From Armatimonadota bacterium (GTDB lineage Bacteria > Armatimonadota > UBA5829 > DTJY01): 64,000 bases of DNA. The notes below the pieces were generated by a model, which was not told the DNA's origin, ran no database searches, and worked only from the letters and a program-made list of their open reading frames with translations. The stretch is taken from contig JAIMAU010000006.1 in assembly GCA_023511795.1 (NCBI GenBank), forward strand, positions 77,730 through 141,729, written 5' to 3'. This document shows, piece by piece, positions 41,512 to 51,623 of this stretch. The first letter of the stretch is position 1. Each line of letters starts with the position of its first letter. A program made the translations under genes and the position numbers.

Positions 41512-42666
41512 TTGGCTAGGATAGGAGAGCGCGAAATGAACCGCGCAAGCCGTGGAAGCTCGGTTAGACCAAGCGGTGTGACCGAGCCTTTTCGCAATCT
41601 AGTAGCACTTGGGTGCCAGGTAGGCGGCCTGGTATTTATACTTGTCGCTGGCTACCTAATCTGGGGGCTTGCCACCAATTCGATAACCAACTCCTTTTCA
41701 CTACCTCTGCAAGACAAGCTGCGGGTAATACGCAACATCATTTACGCGGCCAAAATCCTGGGGGCAAGTGGAATAATCTTCCTCATCGCTGCCGCCATCC
41801 GCTTCTATGATGAGGAAACAGTAGGGTATTTACTCCTAATTTTTGGCGGCATTCTATATTGGGGAATTCCATCAACGTTTGCTGGCAAAATCCAGCTTCT
41901 CCCCAAGTCAATGGCTTATCTGCCAATGTACGTCCTTGGGCAATTCAAGCTCGTAGGAATAGCAGCCATTCTTCTTTCTGTGGTTTTTATAATAGGAGAC
42001 CTCTACTTAAGATTATCGGGCGTGCGCCGTTTTGTTGAACAAAAGGCATCGGAAAGGCGAACGGGGTCAGCTCTAGCAGCGGAGGAAGTAAAACCTGGAA
42101 GACTTTACCTTGCGTGCTGGCAAACACCCTACTGCCGCCCCCATATTAGGAAATACTGCAATGCTTACGAAAAGCGCAAAACTTGCTGGCGAATAAAAAG
42201 CGGCTGTTACTGCGATGAGGAAATGGTCATCCGCATTCTTAGGCAGAACCAGAAGGCAGTAAAAGGCTTCGACATAAAGTTTAGCGAGACAGCAACCAGA
42301 AGGCAGAATCTCACACCAGCTCAAAAAAGAGAACGTTGCAGGAATTGCTTCCTTTATGCAGAGCACCAAAAGCAGAAATATAAAATACTCAGCCCACTCG
42401 TTTTCCCGGCGGTTTTCCTATTAATGTTTTATTACTTGCAACCCATAAAAAGTTTTTTACATAAGGCAATTGTATTCACAGAGCACTTTGCAGAAATCGC
42501 TTCCTTCGGCGCAAGGCACGGACAACCTGGCTCACAGCCGCCGTGGGCGAATCTCCCTTCCACGGCAAATGCAGTTGAGTGGCTACTTATATTTTGCATT
42601 TATCTCGTGATTGTAACTTACTTACTAAGATTTCTCGAATACTGCATTTTCAAGTGGCAGATATAG
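41512..42666 (+). CDS. Polytopic membrane protein with a cysteine-rich cytoplasmic domain (unknown function)
   Basis: Six or more TM helices. Central CWQTPYCRPHIRKYCNAYEKRKTCWRIKSGCYCDEE plus CRNC, which could bind metal or an Fe-S cluster. No family recognised. Confidence 0.45.
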   Translation: MARIGEREMNRASRGSSVRPSGVTEPFRNLVALGCQVGGLVFILVAGYLIWGLATNSITNSFSLPLQDKLRVIRNIIYAAKILGASGIIFLIAAAIRFYDEETVGYLLLIFGGILYWGIPSTFAGKIQLLPKSMAYLPMYVLGQFKLVGIAAILLSVVFIIGDLYLRLSGVRRFVEQKASERRTGSALAAEEVKPGRLYLACWQTPYCRPHIRKYCNAYEKRKTCWRIKSGCYCDEEMVIRILRQNQKAVKGFDIKFSETATRRQNLTPAQKRERCRNCFLYAEHQKQKYKILSPLVFPAVFLLMFYYLQPIKSFLHKAIVFTEHFAEIASFGARHGQPGSQPPWANLPSTANAVEWLLIFCIYLVIVTYLLRFLEYCIFKWQI

Positions 42667-42687
42667 CATGCAAAGGATTGGTGAGAG

Positions 42688-43125
42688 TTGGACATAAATG
42701 ACATTGAACGGCTAATAAGGCTCATTAGAAACGCAAGAATCTCAGAGCTAACCCTTACTTCTGGAACATCAACAGTCAGGTTAAAAAAGCCCTTAAAGCA
42801 AGCTACGGCCCAAATGCCGAAGTTGGAACCAGGCTATGCTTTGAAACCAATAACAGCCGAAAAGACACCTGAGAAAGCTGAACCCCAAGAGGTTGAACAC
42901 CTAATCACCGCACCAATGGTCGGCATATTCCATAGCATAGAAAGCCTTTCCTCTCCTGGAGCAAGCATTAAGAAAGGTCAGACAGTCGGAGCCATCGAAT
43001 CTATGAAGTTGATGAACGACGTAGTTGCGGACTGTGACGGAATAATTACCGAGGTGTTGATTGAGGATGGAATGCCGGTCGAATACGGCCAGATTCTCTT
43101 TAAGCTCTCAACTACTCAAACATAA
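42688..43125 (+). CDS. accB: Acetyl-CoA carboxylase biotin carboxyl carrier protein
   Basis: TTG start. C-terminal biotinyl domain with IESMKLMND (a variant of the EAMKMMN biotin-lysine motif). Pro/Ala-rich linker. Confidence 0.8.
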   Translation: MDINDIERLIRLIRNARISELTLTSGTSTVRLKKPLKQATAQMPKLEPGYALKPITAEKTPEKAEPQEVEHLITAPMVGIFHSIESLSSPGASIKKGQTVGAIESMKLMNDVVADCDGIITEVLIEDGMPVEYGQILFKLSTTQT

Positions 43126-43139
43126 AGCGGAGGAAAAAT

Positions 43140-43511
43140 ATGTTGCAAAACAATCGTGGGCAACTCTTGCTAATTGAAATACTCGTAGTGATTGCGATTC
43201 TGATGGTGATCGGCTACTTTATCGTTCCTCGATATTTAGGAGAGCGCTCGTCGTCTGAGGAAGGCACGGTTGCAGGTCCGAAGGAGCGCGCAGAGAGCGT
43301 TGAGTGCATAAACAACCTGCGGAATATTCGAGCAGCAATCGAAATGTACCGCCAGACTGGAGAAGGGAAATTTCCGACAACGCTAGCCGAGCTTGAGTCT
43401 AGCGGCGTATCGGAAAGCATCAGGAAGTGCCCTGTTTCGGGCAAGGAATACAAATATGACCCTTCGACCGGTACCGTGAGCTGCATATATCCTGGGCATG
43501 AGAGGTACTAA
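43140..43511 (+). CDS. GspG/pseudopilin-like small protein with a non-canonical prepilin N-terminus
   Basis: Strong RBS GGAGGaaaaat. N-terminal [16 protein letters not shown] resembles the RGFTLIELLVVIAII prepilin segment, but Gly is followed by Gln and the Glu sits at +6. [31 protein letters not shown] matches the GspG-type body. Its stop overlaps the accC ATG (TAATG). Confidence 0.55.
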   Translation: MLQNNRGQLLLIEILVVIAILMVIGYFIVPRYLGERSSSEEGTVAGPKERAESVECINNLRNIRAAIEMYRQTGEGKFPTTLAELESSGVSESIRKCPVSGKEYKYDPSTGTVSCIYPGHERY

Positions 43512-44863
43512 TGTTCAAGAAAATCCTAATTGCAAACCGTGGTGAGATTGCCGTTCGCATCATTCGAGCCTGCCGGGAGATGAAAATTGCCACGGTCGCA
43601 GTCTACTCTCAAGCAGACGCAAATTCGCTACATGTACGACTAGCGGACGAGGCAATATGCATTGGGCCGCCAGCAAGCAAAGACAGTTACCTTAACGCAC
43701 CAAATATCATAAGTGCCGCAATAATTACCAGTGCAGAAGCAATCCACCCTGGATATGGTTATTTCTCAGAGGTTCCAAGTTTTGCGGAAGCATGCGAAGC
43801 ATGTAAAATCAAGTTTATTGGCCCAAAGCCCTCTGCCATTGAAAAAATGGGTAATAAGGCTAAGGCGAGAGAAATAATGCAATCGGCGGGGGTACCTGTG
43901 ATACCAGGTACGAAGGGAGTGCTTCAGAACGAGCAGGTGGCAATCAAAACCGCCGCAAAAATGGGATATCCCGTGCTTTTAAAAGCCGCCGCTGGCGGAG
44001 GAGGCCGTGGAATAAGACTTGTCAGAAACGAGGACGAACTCATTAAAACGCTTAAAATTGCCCAAACAGAAGCCGAATCTGCATTTGGCAGCCCAGATCT
44101 TTACATGGAAAAGTTTATCGAAGAACCAAGGCACATTGAGGTGCAAATCCTGGCAGATGAACATGGGCACGTAATTCACCTGGGCGAGCGCGAATGCTCC
44201 ATCCAAAACAACCGGCACCAGAAGATGCTTGAGGAAGCACCATCAGTTGCTTTGACCCCATCAATGAGGGCAAAAATTGGAGAAGCGGCAGTACGTGCAG
44301 CAAAGGCCGTTGGTTACACAAATGCCGGAACTGTTGAATTCTTGCTTGACGAAAAGAAAAACTTTTACTTCATGGAAATGAATACTCGCGTCCAAGTGGA
44401 GCATCCGGTCACCGAGGCAGTGAGCGGCATTGATATCGTAAAAGAGCAAATCCGAATTGCCGCAGGTGAAAAGCTTAGCTTCAACCAGAAGGACATCCAG
44501 CTTAAGGGGCATGCAATAGAATGCCGAATCACCGCTGAGGACCCCGAACGAGACTTCGCCCCAGCCTCAGGCAAGATTGAGGGGTTGATACTTCCCGGTG
44601 GATTAGGCGTTCGCATTGACACTCATATATATCCGGGTTATGTCGTTCCTCCCTACTATGACTCCTTACTTGCAAAGCTAATCGTGTGGGATAATGATCG
44701 AAATGGCGCAATAAACCGCATGGCAAGATGCTTATCCGAGTTTACCATTGAAGGCCTTAAGACAAACATACCATTCCATATGAAAATTATGAAGAATGCG
44801 GATTATCGCCGAGGAAATTTATCTACAAGCTTTATTCGGCGCATATTAGAAGAAAGCGGATAA
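43511..44863 (+). CDS. accC: Acetyl-CoA carboxylase biotin carboxylase subunit
   Basis: [24 protein letters not shown]-grasp motifs. [14 protein letters not shown]. 450 aa. Confidence 0.9.
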   Translation: MFKKILIANRGEIAVRIIRACREMKIATVAVYSQADANSLHVRLADEAICIGPPASKDSYLNAPNIISAAIITSAEAIHPGYGYFSEVPSFAEACEACKIKFIGPKPSAIEKMGNKAKAREIMQSAGVPVIPGTKGVLQNEQVAIKTAAKMGYPVLLKAAAGGGGRGIRLVRNEDELIKTLKIAQTEAESAFGSPDLYMEKFIEEPRHIEVQILADEHGHVIHLGERECSIQNNRHQKMLEEAPSVALTPSMRAKIGEAAVRAAKAVGYTNAGTVEFLLDEKKNFYFMEMNTRVQVEHPVTEAVSGIDIVKEQIRIAAGEKLSFNQKDIQLKGHAIECRITAEDPERDFAPASGKIEGLILPGGLGVRIDTHIYPGYVVPPYYDSLLAKLIVWDNDRNGAINRMARCLSEFTIEGLKTNIPFHMKIMKNADYRRGNLSTSFIRRILEESG

Positions 44864-44894
44864 GGAAAAACCATACCAACCAGGCAGCAACGCA

Positions 44895-45344
44895 ATGGGT
44901 ACTAAAAGCAGAAGAGCAGCCAGGGAGCTGGCACTGAATGTTCTCTATCAAGTTGATATTGCGCGAATACTGCCTCAAGAAGCACTAGATACTGCCCTAA
45001 AAAATGCAAAACTTGAGGAAAGCAGTGCAAAGTTCGCAGAAGAACTAGTCAAAGGCACCTTAGAACACTTAAAAGAGATTGATGAACGCCTTAAGCGCCT
45101 GTCCGTCGGCTGGGAACTTCAACGTCAACCCGCTGTAGATCGGAATATCCTCCGGATGGCGATTTTCGAGATACTCTATCTAGATCAAATACCACCGAGC
45201 GTCTCAATTAACGAGGCTGTTGAGCTAGCCAAGAAATATAGCACTGAAGATTCTGGACGCTTCGTGAACGGAGTTCTCGGAGCCTTGTTACGTGAGCAAG
45301 GAATCAAAATTGGGGAGCAACAAAATGAGGGCCAAAATTCTTGA
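44895..45344 (+). CDS. nusB: Transcription antitermination factor NusB
   Basis: RRAARELALNVLYQVD start. 149-aa all-helical NusB fold. Confidence 0.8.
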   Translation: MGTKSRRAARELALNVLYQVDIARILPQEALDTALKNAKLEESSAKFAEELVKGTLEHLKEIDERLKRLSVGWELQRQPAVDRNILRMAIFEILYLDQIPPSVSINEAVELAKKYSTEDSGRFVNGVLGALLREQGIKIGEQQNEGQNS

Positions 45345-46188
45345 TGGATTAGCAACTGCTAAGACTATTAGAGAAGAGGTAAAAGCCGGCGTTGAGAAAT
45401 TAATCGCCGAGCATGGGATAGTGCCCAATCTCGCGGTAGTCATCGTCGGCGAAGACCCTGCATCTAAAGTGTACGTAAACATGAAAAGAAAGGCCGCTAT
45501 AGCGGCAGGAATGCTTTCGACTGTTCATGAACTGCCGGCAGACTCGACACAAGAAAAGGTCGAAGACGTCGTCAAGAAGCTTAGCGCCGACCCAAGCATT
45601 CATGGCGTTATGGTTCAGCATCCAGTTCCAAAGCACTTGAACGAACAAAGCATCCTTGATGCCGTTGCTCCAGAAAAAGATGTTGACGGAATCAGCCGAT
45701 ACAGCTTGGGAAGCCTGGTGACTGGAGACCCTTTGTTCGTAGCAGCAACTCCTGCAGGCATTATTGAGCTACTCGACCGATATAATATTCCAATAGAAGG
45801 ACAGCATGCAGTTGTAGTCGGCCGAAGCATAATCCTTGGCAAACCGGTCGCGCTTTATCTCCTCAACCGCCATGCAACGGTGACCATATGCCACACACGC
45901 ACACGAGACCTGCCGGAGATAACAAAGCAGGCAGACATCCTCGTGGCAGCGGTGGGCAAACCGGAAATGATAACGGGCGATATGATTAAAGAAGGCGCAA
46001 TTGTCATTGACGCAGGATACAACAAGGTCGAAGGTCGCGATAAGGATGTTGGCGACGTGAACTTCGAACAAGCAGCGGAAAAGGCATCTTGGATTACGCC
46101 TGTTCCTGGTGGTGTCGGTCCAATGACGATTGCAATGCTATTGAGAAACACTCTAAAAGCAGCTAGCCGAATGGTAGAACGCAAATAG
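45325..46188 (+). CDS. folD: Bifunctional methylenetetrahydrofolate dehydrogenase/cyclohydrolase
   Basis: MRAKILDGLATAK start (the track extension to 45292 is rejected). VVGRSIILGKPVALYLL and PVPGGVGPMTIAML motifs. Confidence 0.9.
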   Translation: MRAKILDGLATAKTIREEVKAGVEKLIAEHGIVPNLAVVIVGEDPASKVYVNMKRKAAIAAGMLSTVHELPADSTQEKVEDVVKKLSADPSIHGVMVQHPVPKHLNEQSILDAVAPEKDVDGISRYSLGSLVTGDPLFVAATPAGIIELLDRYNIPIEGQHAVVVGRSIILGKPVALYLLNRHATVTICHTRTRDLPEITKQADILVAAVGKPEMITGDMIKEGAIVIDAGYNKVEGRDKDVGDVNFEQAAEKASWITPVPGGVGPMTIAMLLRNTLKAASRMVERK

Positions 46189-46198
46189 CTTTTTGCTA

Positions 46199-47095
46199 AT
46201 GACTAACAAAACCTTAGATCTGCAAGCATATTTTTCGGAAAAGCGCAAGCAAATAGAAGCCGCCCTCGACAGGTTTCTGCCACAAGAGGACCGGTACCCA
46301 CAAATCCTCTTCCGCGCAATGAGATATAGCGTCTTAGATGGTGGCAAGCGGATAAGGCCAGTCCTCGTGTTGGCGGCATGCGAAGCTGTAGGCGGTGATT
46401 CCGAAAAAGCCTTGCCTACAGCATGCGCCGTTGAATTCATCCATTCCTTCTCCTTGATTCACGATGACCTCCCTGCATTAGACAACGATGACTTCCGAAG
46501 AGGCAAGCCTACCAATCACAAGGTCTTTGGAGAAGCCATGGCAATACTTGCAGGAGATGCGCTCCTGGCGCTTGCATTTGAAACAATCACCAAAACGGAA
46601 GGGGTGCCTGCAAACACAATACTTGATGTAACGAGGCGGATTGCCGCCGCTGCTGGCACTGGAGGTATGGTTGTCGGTCAAGTTGTAGATATGGAGTCTG
46701 AGGGCAGAAAAATTGAGCTTGAAACGCTCGAATTCATGCATTCCCACAAAACTGGCGCATTAATCGAGGCGTGCATTGTTTGCGGAGGGCTTCTAGGCGG
46801 AGCAACTTCCGAACAGTTGGCGGAGCTGAGCCTTTATGGGCAAAAGATTGGTCTCGCGTTTCAAATTGTTGATGATATCCTCGACCTAGAAGGCGAACAA
46901 GAGAAGCTCGGCAAGACAGTTGGAAGCGACCTGCGCAAGCAAAAATCAACCTTTCCTGCAATACTTGGCTTGGAAAAATCAAAAGAAAAGGCTCTGCAAG
47001 TCACCCAAGAAGCCTTAAAAGCGGTAGAAAACTTCGACACGCGTGCAGAACCGCTCCGCGCTATTGCACGATTCATAGTTGAACGCAAGACATAA
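46199..47095 (+). CDS. Polyprenyl diphosphate synthase (FPP/GGPP synthase family)
   Basis: First Asp-rich motif LIHDDLPALDNDDFRRG. Second motif FQIVDDILD. About 300 aa. Confidence 0.85.
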   Translation: MTNKTLDLQAYFSEKRKQIEAALDRFLPQEDRYPQILFRAMRYSVLDGGKRIRPVLVLAACEAVGGDSEKALPTACAVEFIHSFSLIHDDLPALDNDDFRRGKPTNHKVFGEAMAILAGDALLALAFETITKTEGVPANTILDVTRRIAAAAGTGGMVVGQVVDMESEGRKIELETLEFMHSHKTGALIEACIVCGGLLGGATSEQLAELSLYGQKIGLAFQIVDDILDLEGEQEKLGKTVGSDLRKQKSTFPAILGLEKSKEKALQVTQEALKAVENFDTRAEPLRAIARFIVERKT

Positions 47096-47185
47096 AGTTA
47101 AGCAACGAAATTCTCTTCAAGAAAAGCTATGAATTAACACACTAGGCGCTGGTCTACGCTTTTCTGCAGAGGTGTCGAACTAAGA

Positions 47186-49279
47186 ATGTCGCAAAAGAAC
47201 GCAAGTTTCCTACGCCGAGAAGTACTGCCAATAGGGCTTGTTTTCCTTGCGGCAGTGACGCTTCGGGCTGTATACCTGTTGGAATACAAGGCACATATCC
47301 CCTACTATTACCGCGTTACCCTAGACTCCGCTTACTATGACGCATGGGCGCAGAGGGTCGCCGAGGGAAAAGGATATGGGCCGATGCCATTCTATATGGC
47401 GCCGCTTTACCCCTATTTTTTAGCACTAATTTACAAAATCGCTGGGCACAACTATCCTATTATTTATCTACTTCAGGCGGTGCTAGGCACTATAAACACA
47501 ATTCTTGTCTACATCATCGGGAGAAAGCTTCTAAGCCGAGCGGTCGGTCTTGTTGCTTCTGGACTACTGCTCATTTACTCGCCACTAATCTATCTTGAGA
47601 CCAAGCTTCTTACTGAGATACTTGCCATAACTTTGAATCTAGCCTCAATTTCCGCTCTGATTTATGCCACCGAGCGGCAATCAGCTAGCAGGTTTCTAGC
47701 CTCAGGACTGGCTTTCGGAATTAGCGCTTTATGCCGCCCTGCTGCCCTCATAATGGCCCTGCTCGCAGTTCTATGGCTCTTGCTAAAGTACAAACGCAAT
47801 AACCAAACAATCTGCTACACTGCAATCCTGCTAGTTGGCGTGGTGATTCCGATTATCCCAGTTACTGCTCGGAATTACTTTATAGGCAAGGACTTTGCCT
47901 TGCTTTCCACAAATGCAGGAATCGTGTTTGCCCAAGGGAACAGCGAATATGCAACCGGAATATCCACTCCGCTACCAGGGTTTAGCGGCACAATTCTTAC
48001 CCAACAGCAGGAGGAAATGGCTCAGGCATCGAGTGCACTCGGCAGGCAAGTCAAGCCATCCGAGTCATCGGCATATTGGTTCAGGCTCGCCTTGAGCTTC
48101 ATTTGCAAGCACCCATTCGAGTACCTGAAACTTCTTGGCCGCAAAGTCATCTGGTCGCTCCACAACCGCGAATCTCCCTGCAGTTATAATATTTATTATG
48201 AGCGCGAATATGTTCCTATTCTTCGCTGGCTTGCTTTGCCATTTCCCTTCCTTGCCGGACTCGGGTTATTTGGATGGAAAAGATTGCGCGATCGACAGGT
48301 CAGCATTCTTGGTCTATACATACTTTCGATTTTCTTAAGCCTAATGATTTTTTCCGTAAGTTCTAGATATCGTGCGCCGATGGTCCCGGCATTAGCAATT
48401 TTTTCTAGCTATGGGCTACTAGAAGCAACCAAGCTTGTTTTAAGAAGGAACATCCGCGGCATTATTTGCTTCATATTGTGCATCACTCTGATGTTTTTAC
48501 CTTCACTAGTGCGTTTCCCAACCCCCACAGTGACAGCAGAAGCGCCGACTAATATGGGATGGAGCTACATGGAGCAGGGCAAAGTCAAAGAGGCGATAGT
48601 CCAGTTCAAAAGGGCGCTGGAAATGAATCCAGAATTCTCACATGCGCATAACAACTTGGGCATTGCGTTAGCAAGACAGGGCAAAATTGACGAAGCCATC
48701 GCTGAATATGAGAAAGCCTTAAGACTCACACCCAACTACCCTGAAGCACATTTCAACCTTGGCGACGCACTTGTGCGCAAGGGCAGGCTCGATGATGCAA
48801 TCGCCCACTACCAAGCATCAATCCGGCTTAGGCCAGACTATGCCCCAACGCACGTTCACCTTGGCAACGCCCTACTTTTAAAAGGTCTGTACGACGAAGC
48901 AATTGCCAACTATCAAAAAGCACTCCAACTTGACCCAGAAGTGCCGGATGCGCGACACAATCTGGAGGTCGCCATTGCCACCAAAAATCTGCTTGAGGGT
49001 TCAAGCAAAAAGTCAAAGCAGAATCTGGCAATAGAACACTACAACAGAGCGAATGGCTTACTACGTGAAGGCAAGTTTGATGAAGCTGTAAAGGAATATA
49101 AGAAGGCATTGGCTTTTGATCCAAAATTTGGCCGTGCACACAACAACCTTGCGGTAGCGCTTTTTATGTCAGGACGATATGCGGAAGCATGGAACGAGGT
49201 CATGCTCGCAAAGAAATATGGCGCCGAGCCAAATCCCAACTTCCTTAGGGGACTATCAAAAAAGATGCCACAACCCTGA
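47186..49279 (+). CDS. GT-C membrane glycosyltransferase (GT39/PMT_2/ArnT-like) with C-terminal TPR domain
   Basis: About 450-aa polytopic N-terminal domain with a loop-1 acidic motif (TLDSAYYDAW). About 220 aa of TPR repeats (AHNNLGIAL, AHFNLGDAL, THVHLGNAL). Confidence 0.7.
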   Translation: MSQKNASFLRREVLPIGLVFLAAVTLRAVYLLEYKAHIPYYYRVTLDSAYYDAWAQRVAEGKGYGPMPFYMAPLYPYFLALIYKIAGHNYPIIYLLQAVLGTINTILVYIIGRKLLSRAVGLVASGLLLIYSPLIYLETKLLTEILAITLNLASISALIYATERQSASRFLASGLAFGISALCRPAALIMALLAVLWLLLKYKRNNQTICYTAILLVGVVIPIIPVTARNYFIGKDFALLSTNAGIVFAQGNSEYATGISTPLPGFSGTILTQQQEEMAQASSALGRQVKPSESSAYWFRLALSFICKHPFEYLKLLGRKVIWSLHNRESPCSYNIYYEREYVPILRWLALPFPFLAGLGLFGWKRLRDRQVSILGLYILSIFLSLMIFSVSSRYRAPMVPALAIFSSYGLLEATKLVLRRNIRGIICFILCITLMFLPSLVRFPTPTVTAEAPTNMGWSYMEQGKVKEAIVQFKRALEMNPEFSHAHNNLGIALARQGKIDEAIAEYEKALRLTPNYPEAHFNLGDALVRKGRLDDAIAHYQASIRLRPDYAPTHVHLGNALLLKGLYDEAIANYQKALQLDPEVPDARHNLEVAIATKNLLEGSSKKSKQNLAIEHYNRANGLLREGKFDEAVKEYKKALAFDPKFGRAHNNLAVALFMSGRYAEAWNEVMLAKKYGAEPNPNFLRGLSKKMPQP

Positions 49280-49353
49280 GCGCATGGCCCTGAAGCTTCT
49301 AGCTGGAGAAAAGGAAGTCTTGCCAGCTACGCTCACGCTGAACCCACTGCGCG

Positions 49354-51456
49354 CTAGTTAGCAACCGGACAGTGAGCTTCGTAATTTCGCAATCTCATCT
49401 CGATTTCGGGTGCAGCCGGTGAGCCCTGAGTTATAGCGAGCTGAAGCGCTCTGCGGGCCGTGGATATAGCTTGGTCATAGCGGCCAGCGGCGGCATAGGC
49501 GGCTGCAAGCGTATCCAGCAAACCCGAATCCTCATATCTGACGGCCTCGCATGCCGCTTTCGCCAGTTTTATCGCCTCTAGCGCATCGCGGTAAGTAGGC
49601 TTCTTCTGGGTTGCTAGCAACCAAGCCAGATTGTTCTTCGCCTCAGGCCAGTTTGGGCGAAGCTTTAATGCAACTCGGCAACTTTCAATTGCCTCACGCA
49701 CTTTTCCTAGCTCCCCCAATGTTATGGACAAATTATAATGTGCATCCGGCAGGAAAGGATCGAGTTCAATCGCCTTTTTATAACTCTCAACTGCCGCTCC
49801 CGATTTACCCTTTATGCCCAGAAGGATACCTAGATTGATGTGTGCTTGTGCATAATCCGGCTTCGCCATTAGAGCCTTATTGAAGTGCATGGCCGCTTCA
49901 TCAAGCCTTCCCTGCTTTAGAAGAAGTCCTCCGTAGTTGTTATGAGCCCGCGCATGCCTGGGATCTATTTTCAAAGCTTTTTGGAAATGAAAAGCGGCTT
50001 TTTCAAAGTCCATGCTTTCAAAATATGCAATTGCCAGATTATGATGTACATCTGCCCAAGTAGGTTCGATTCTCAATGCCTTCTTGAAATGCTTGATTGC
50101 CTGAGCATGTTTCCCTAGAGCGGTTAATGCAAGGCCAAGGTTGTTTTCGGCAACTGGATTTTCCTTTGTCACTTTTAGGGCATGGCTGAACAACGTCACG
50201 CTATCTCGCCAATGCGTCACTTGCCTTAATGTCGTTGCCGCTAGAATTATGACAAGAACACAAGCTACTGCTGAGAGAATAAGATTTCGTCTGACATCTG
50301 CTGTCTGGCACTTTATCCCAACCTGCTTGCCAGTTCGGATAGATTCAATTAAATCAGGGATTCCCCACGCTAGAATAACAAACAAGCCAATCAATGGTAT
50401 ATATGTGTATCTATCTGCCATCGCCTGCCAACCAACCTGGACAAGGCCAATCACAGGAACTAAAGTGCCCAAATACCAGAACCACCCAAACACAAGATAT
50501 GGCCGTCTTCGGGACTGCCAGAGCACCAAGGCAGTAATGGCAACAATAATCACAAGCGCACCCACCATTTTCCAAGTAACTATTACGGTTGGGTATGGAT
50601 AAAAGACCGATAGGCCGCTTGGAATTATCATCTTGCCAATATATGAGACATAGGAGATTAATGCATTGCCTATGCGCATTCCAACCGGGTAACGCTCCAG
50701 CGTGGCGACACTGAGGCCCTTCTGCTGAGCGATATACGTGACTATTGCAGAACTAATGGTAAGCCCAAAAAGGGGTATTTTCTCAACCAATAGTTTCTTA
50801 TTTGTAAGCGTAGAGAACAACGAGTGATTAGCAGCGCTAAAACGGCGAAGAGGCCAGAAATCCATGAGGAGAAGAACGAATGGGAGCGTCAAAACCATGG
50901 GCTTTGCCATCAATCCAAGAGCAAAGAAAGCGATAACTGGGATATAAGTTGCAATCCTAGGAGATTGAACATATCGGATGTAGGCTAATATCGCAATCAT
51001 CCAAAAAAGGGTGCTTAGAACATCCTTTCTCTCTGCTACCCAGGCAATCGACTCAACATGAAGCGGATGCACGGCAAACAAAGCCGCAACAAACCCACTC
51101 TTCCAAATCGACCCAGTAAGAATGCTAAAAATACCAAAAAGCAATAGCGTGTTTGCTATGTGTATAAGCAAACTTACGAGGTGGTGACCTATGGGATTCA
51201 AGCCGAAAAGCTGGCAGTCGAGCATGTGAGACAACCATGTAATAGGATGCCAGTTGCTTTCGTGCATTGTGGTGAACGCCCAGCCAACGTTTGCAAGCGT
51301 AAAGCCCCCCCTAACATGACTGTTGTCTGTCACATATTCGTCGTCGTCATAATTTATAAAGCCATTGCCGAATAGAGGCACAAAAGCAACGATGGCTACA
51401 AGCACAAGCAAACATCCAACCAAATATGACCTATACATTTTGACAAAGCCATCCAT
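49354..51456 (-). CDS. TMTC-like protein: DUF1736-type GT-C membrane domain plus C-terminal TPR repeats (paralog 4)
   Basis: NYDDDEYVTDN loop-1 motif. HPLHVESIAWVAERKDVLSTLF. WQAMADRYTYIPLIGLF. At least seven TPR units. Confidence 0.7.
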   Translation of the reverse strand: MDGFVKMYRSYLVGCLLVLVAIVAFVPLFGNGFINYDDDEYVTDNSHVRGGFTLANVGWAFTTMHESNWHPITWLSHMLDCQLFGLNPIGHHLVSLLIHIANTLLLFGIFSILTGSIWKSGFVAALFAVHPLHVESIAWVAERKDVLSTLFWMIAILAYIRYVQSPRIATYIPVIAFFALGLMAKPMVLTLPFVLLLMDFWPLRRFSAANHSLFSTLTNKKLLVEKIPLFGLTISSAIVTYIAQQKGLSVATLERYPVGMRIGNALISYVSYIGKMIIPSGLSVFYPYPTVIVTWKMVGALVIIVAITALVLWQSRRRPYLVFGWFWYLGTLVPVIGLVQVGWQAMADRYTYIPLIGLFVILAWGIPDLIESIRTGKQVGIKCQTADVRRNLILSAVACVLVIILAATTLRQVTHWRDSVTLFSHALKVTKENPVAENNLGLALTALGKHAQAIKHFKKALRIEPTWADVHHNLAIAYFESMDFEKAAFHFQKALKIDPRHARAHNNYGGLLLKQGRLDEAAMHFNKALMAKPDYAQAHINLGILLGIKGKSGAAVESYKKAIELDPFLPDAHYNLSITLGELGKVREAIESCRVALKLRPNWPEAKNNLAWLLATQKKPTYRDALEAIKLAKAACEAVRYEDSGLLDTLAAAYAAAGRYDQAISTARRALQLAITQGSPAAPEIEMRLRNYEAHCPVAN

Positions 51457-51623
51457 TCCGCGAGCAAACCTCCCTTAGCCTTTGGATATGTGGTAAATGA
51501 AATCCTCAAAAGGGATTTTAGCTTGTTTCGAATTTAATTTCGTGGTGCCTGAAAAATGCCAACCGCCTTGCCGAACCCCACTTCAAGAATAAGGTTTGCG
51601 ACATCTTAATCTCCCTAATCAAT

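Noticed and set aside
42688-43125. Calling accB a pseudogene because the biotin motif reads SMKL instead of AMKM
   Set aside because: The lysine and the surrounding hydrophobic pattern are intact, and the variant is conservative. It is treated as a functional BCCP.
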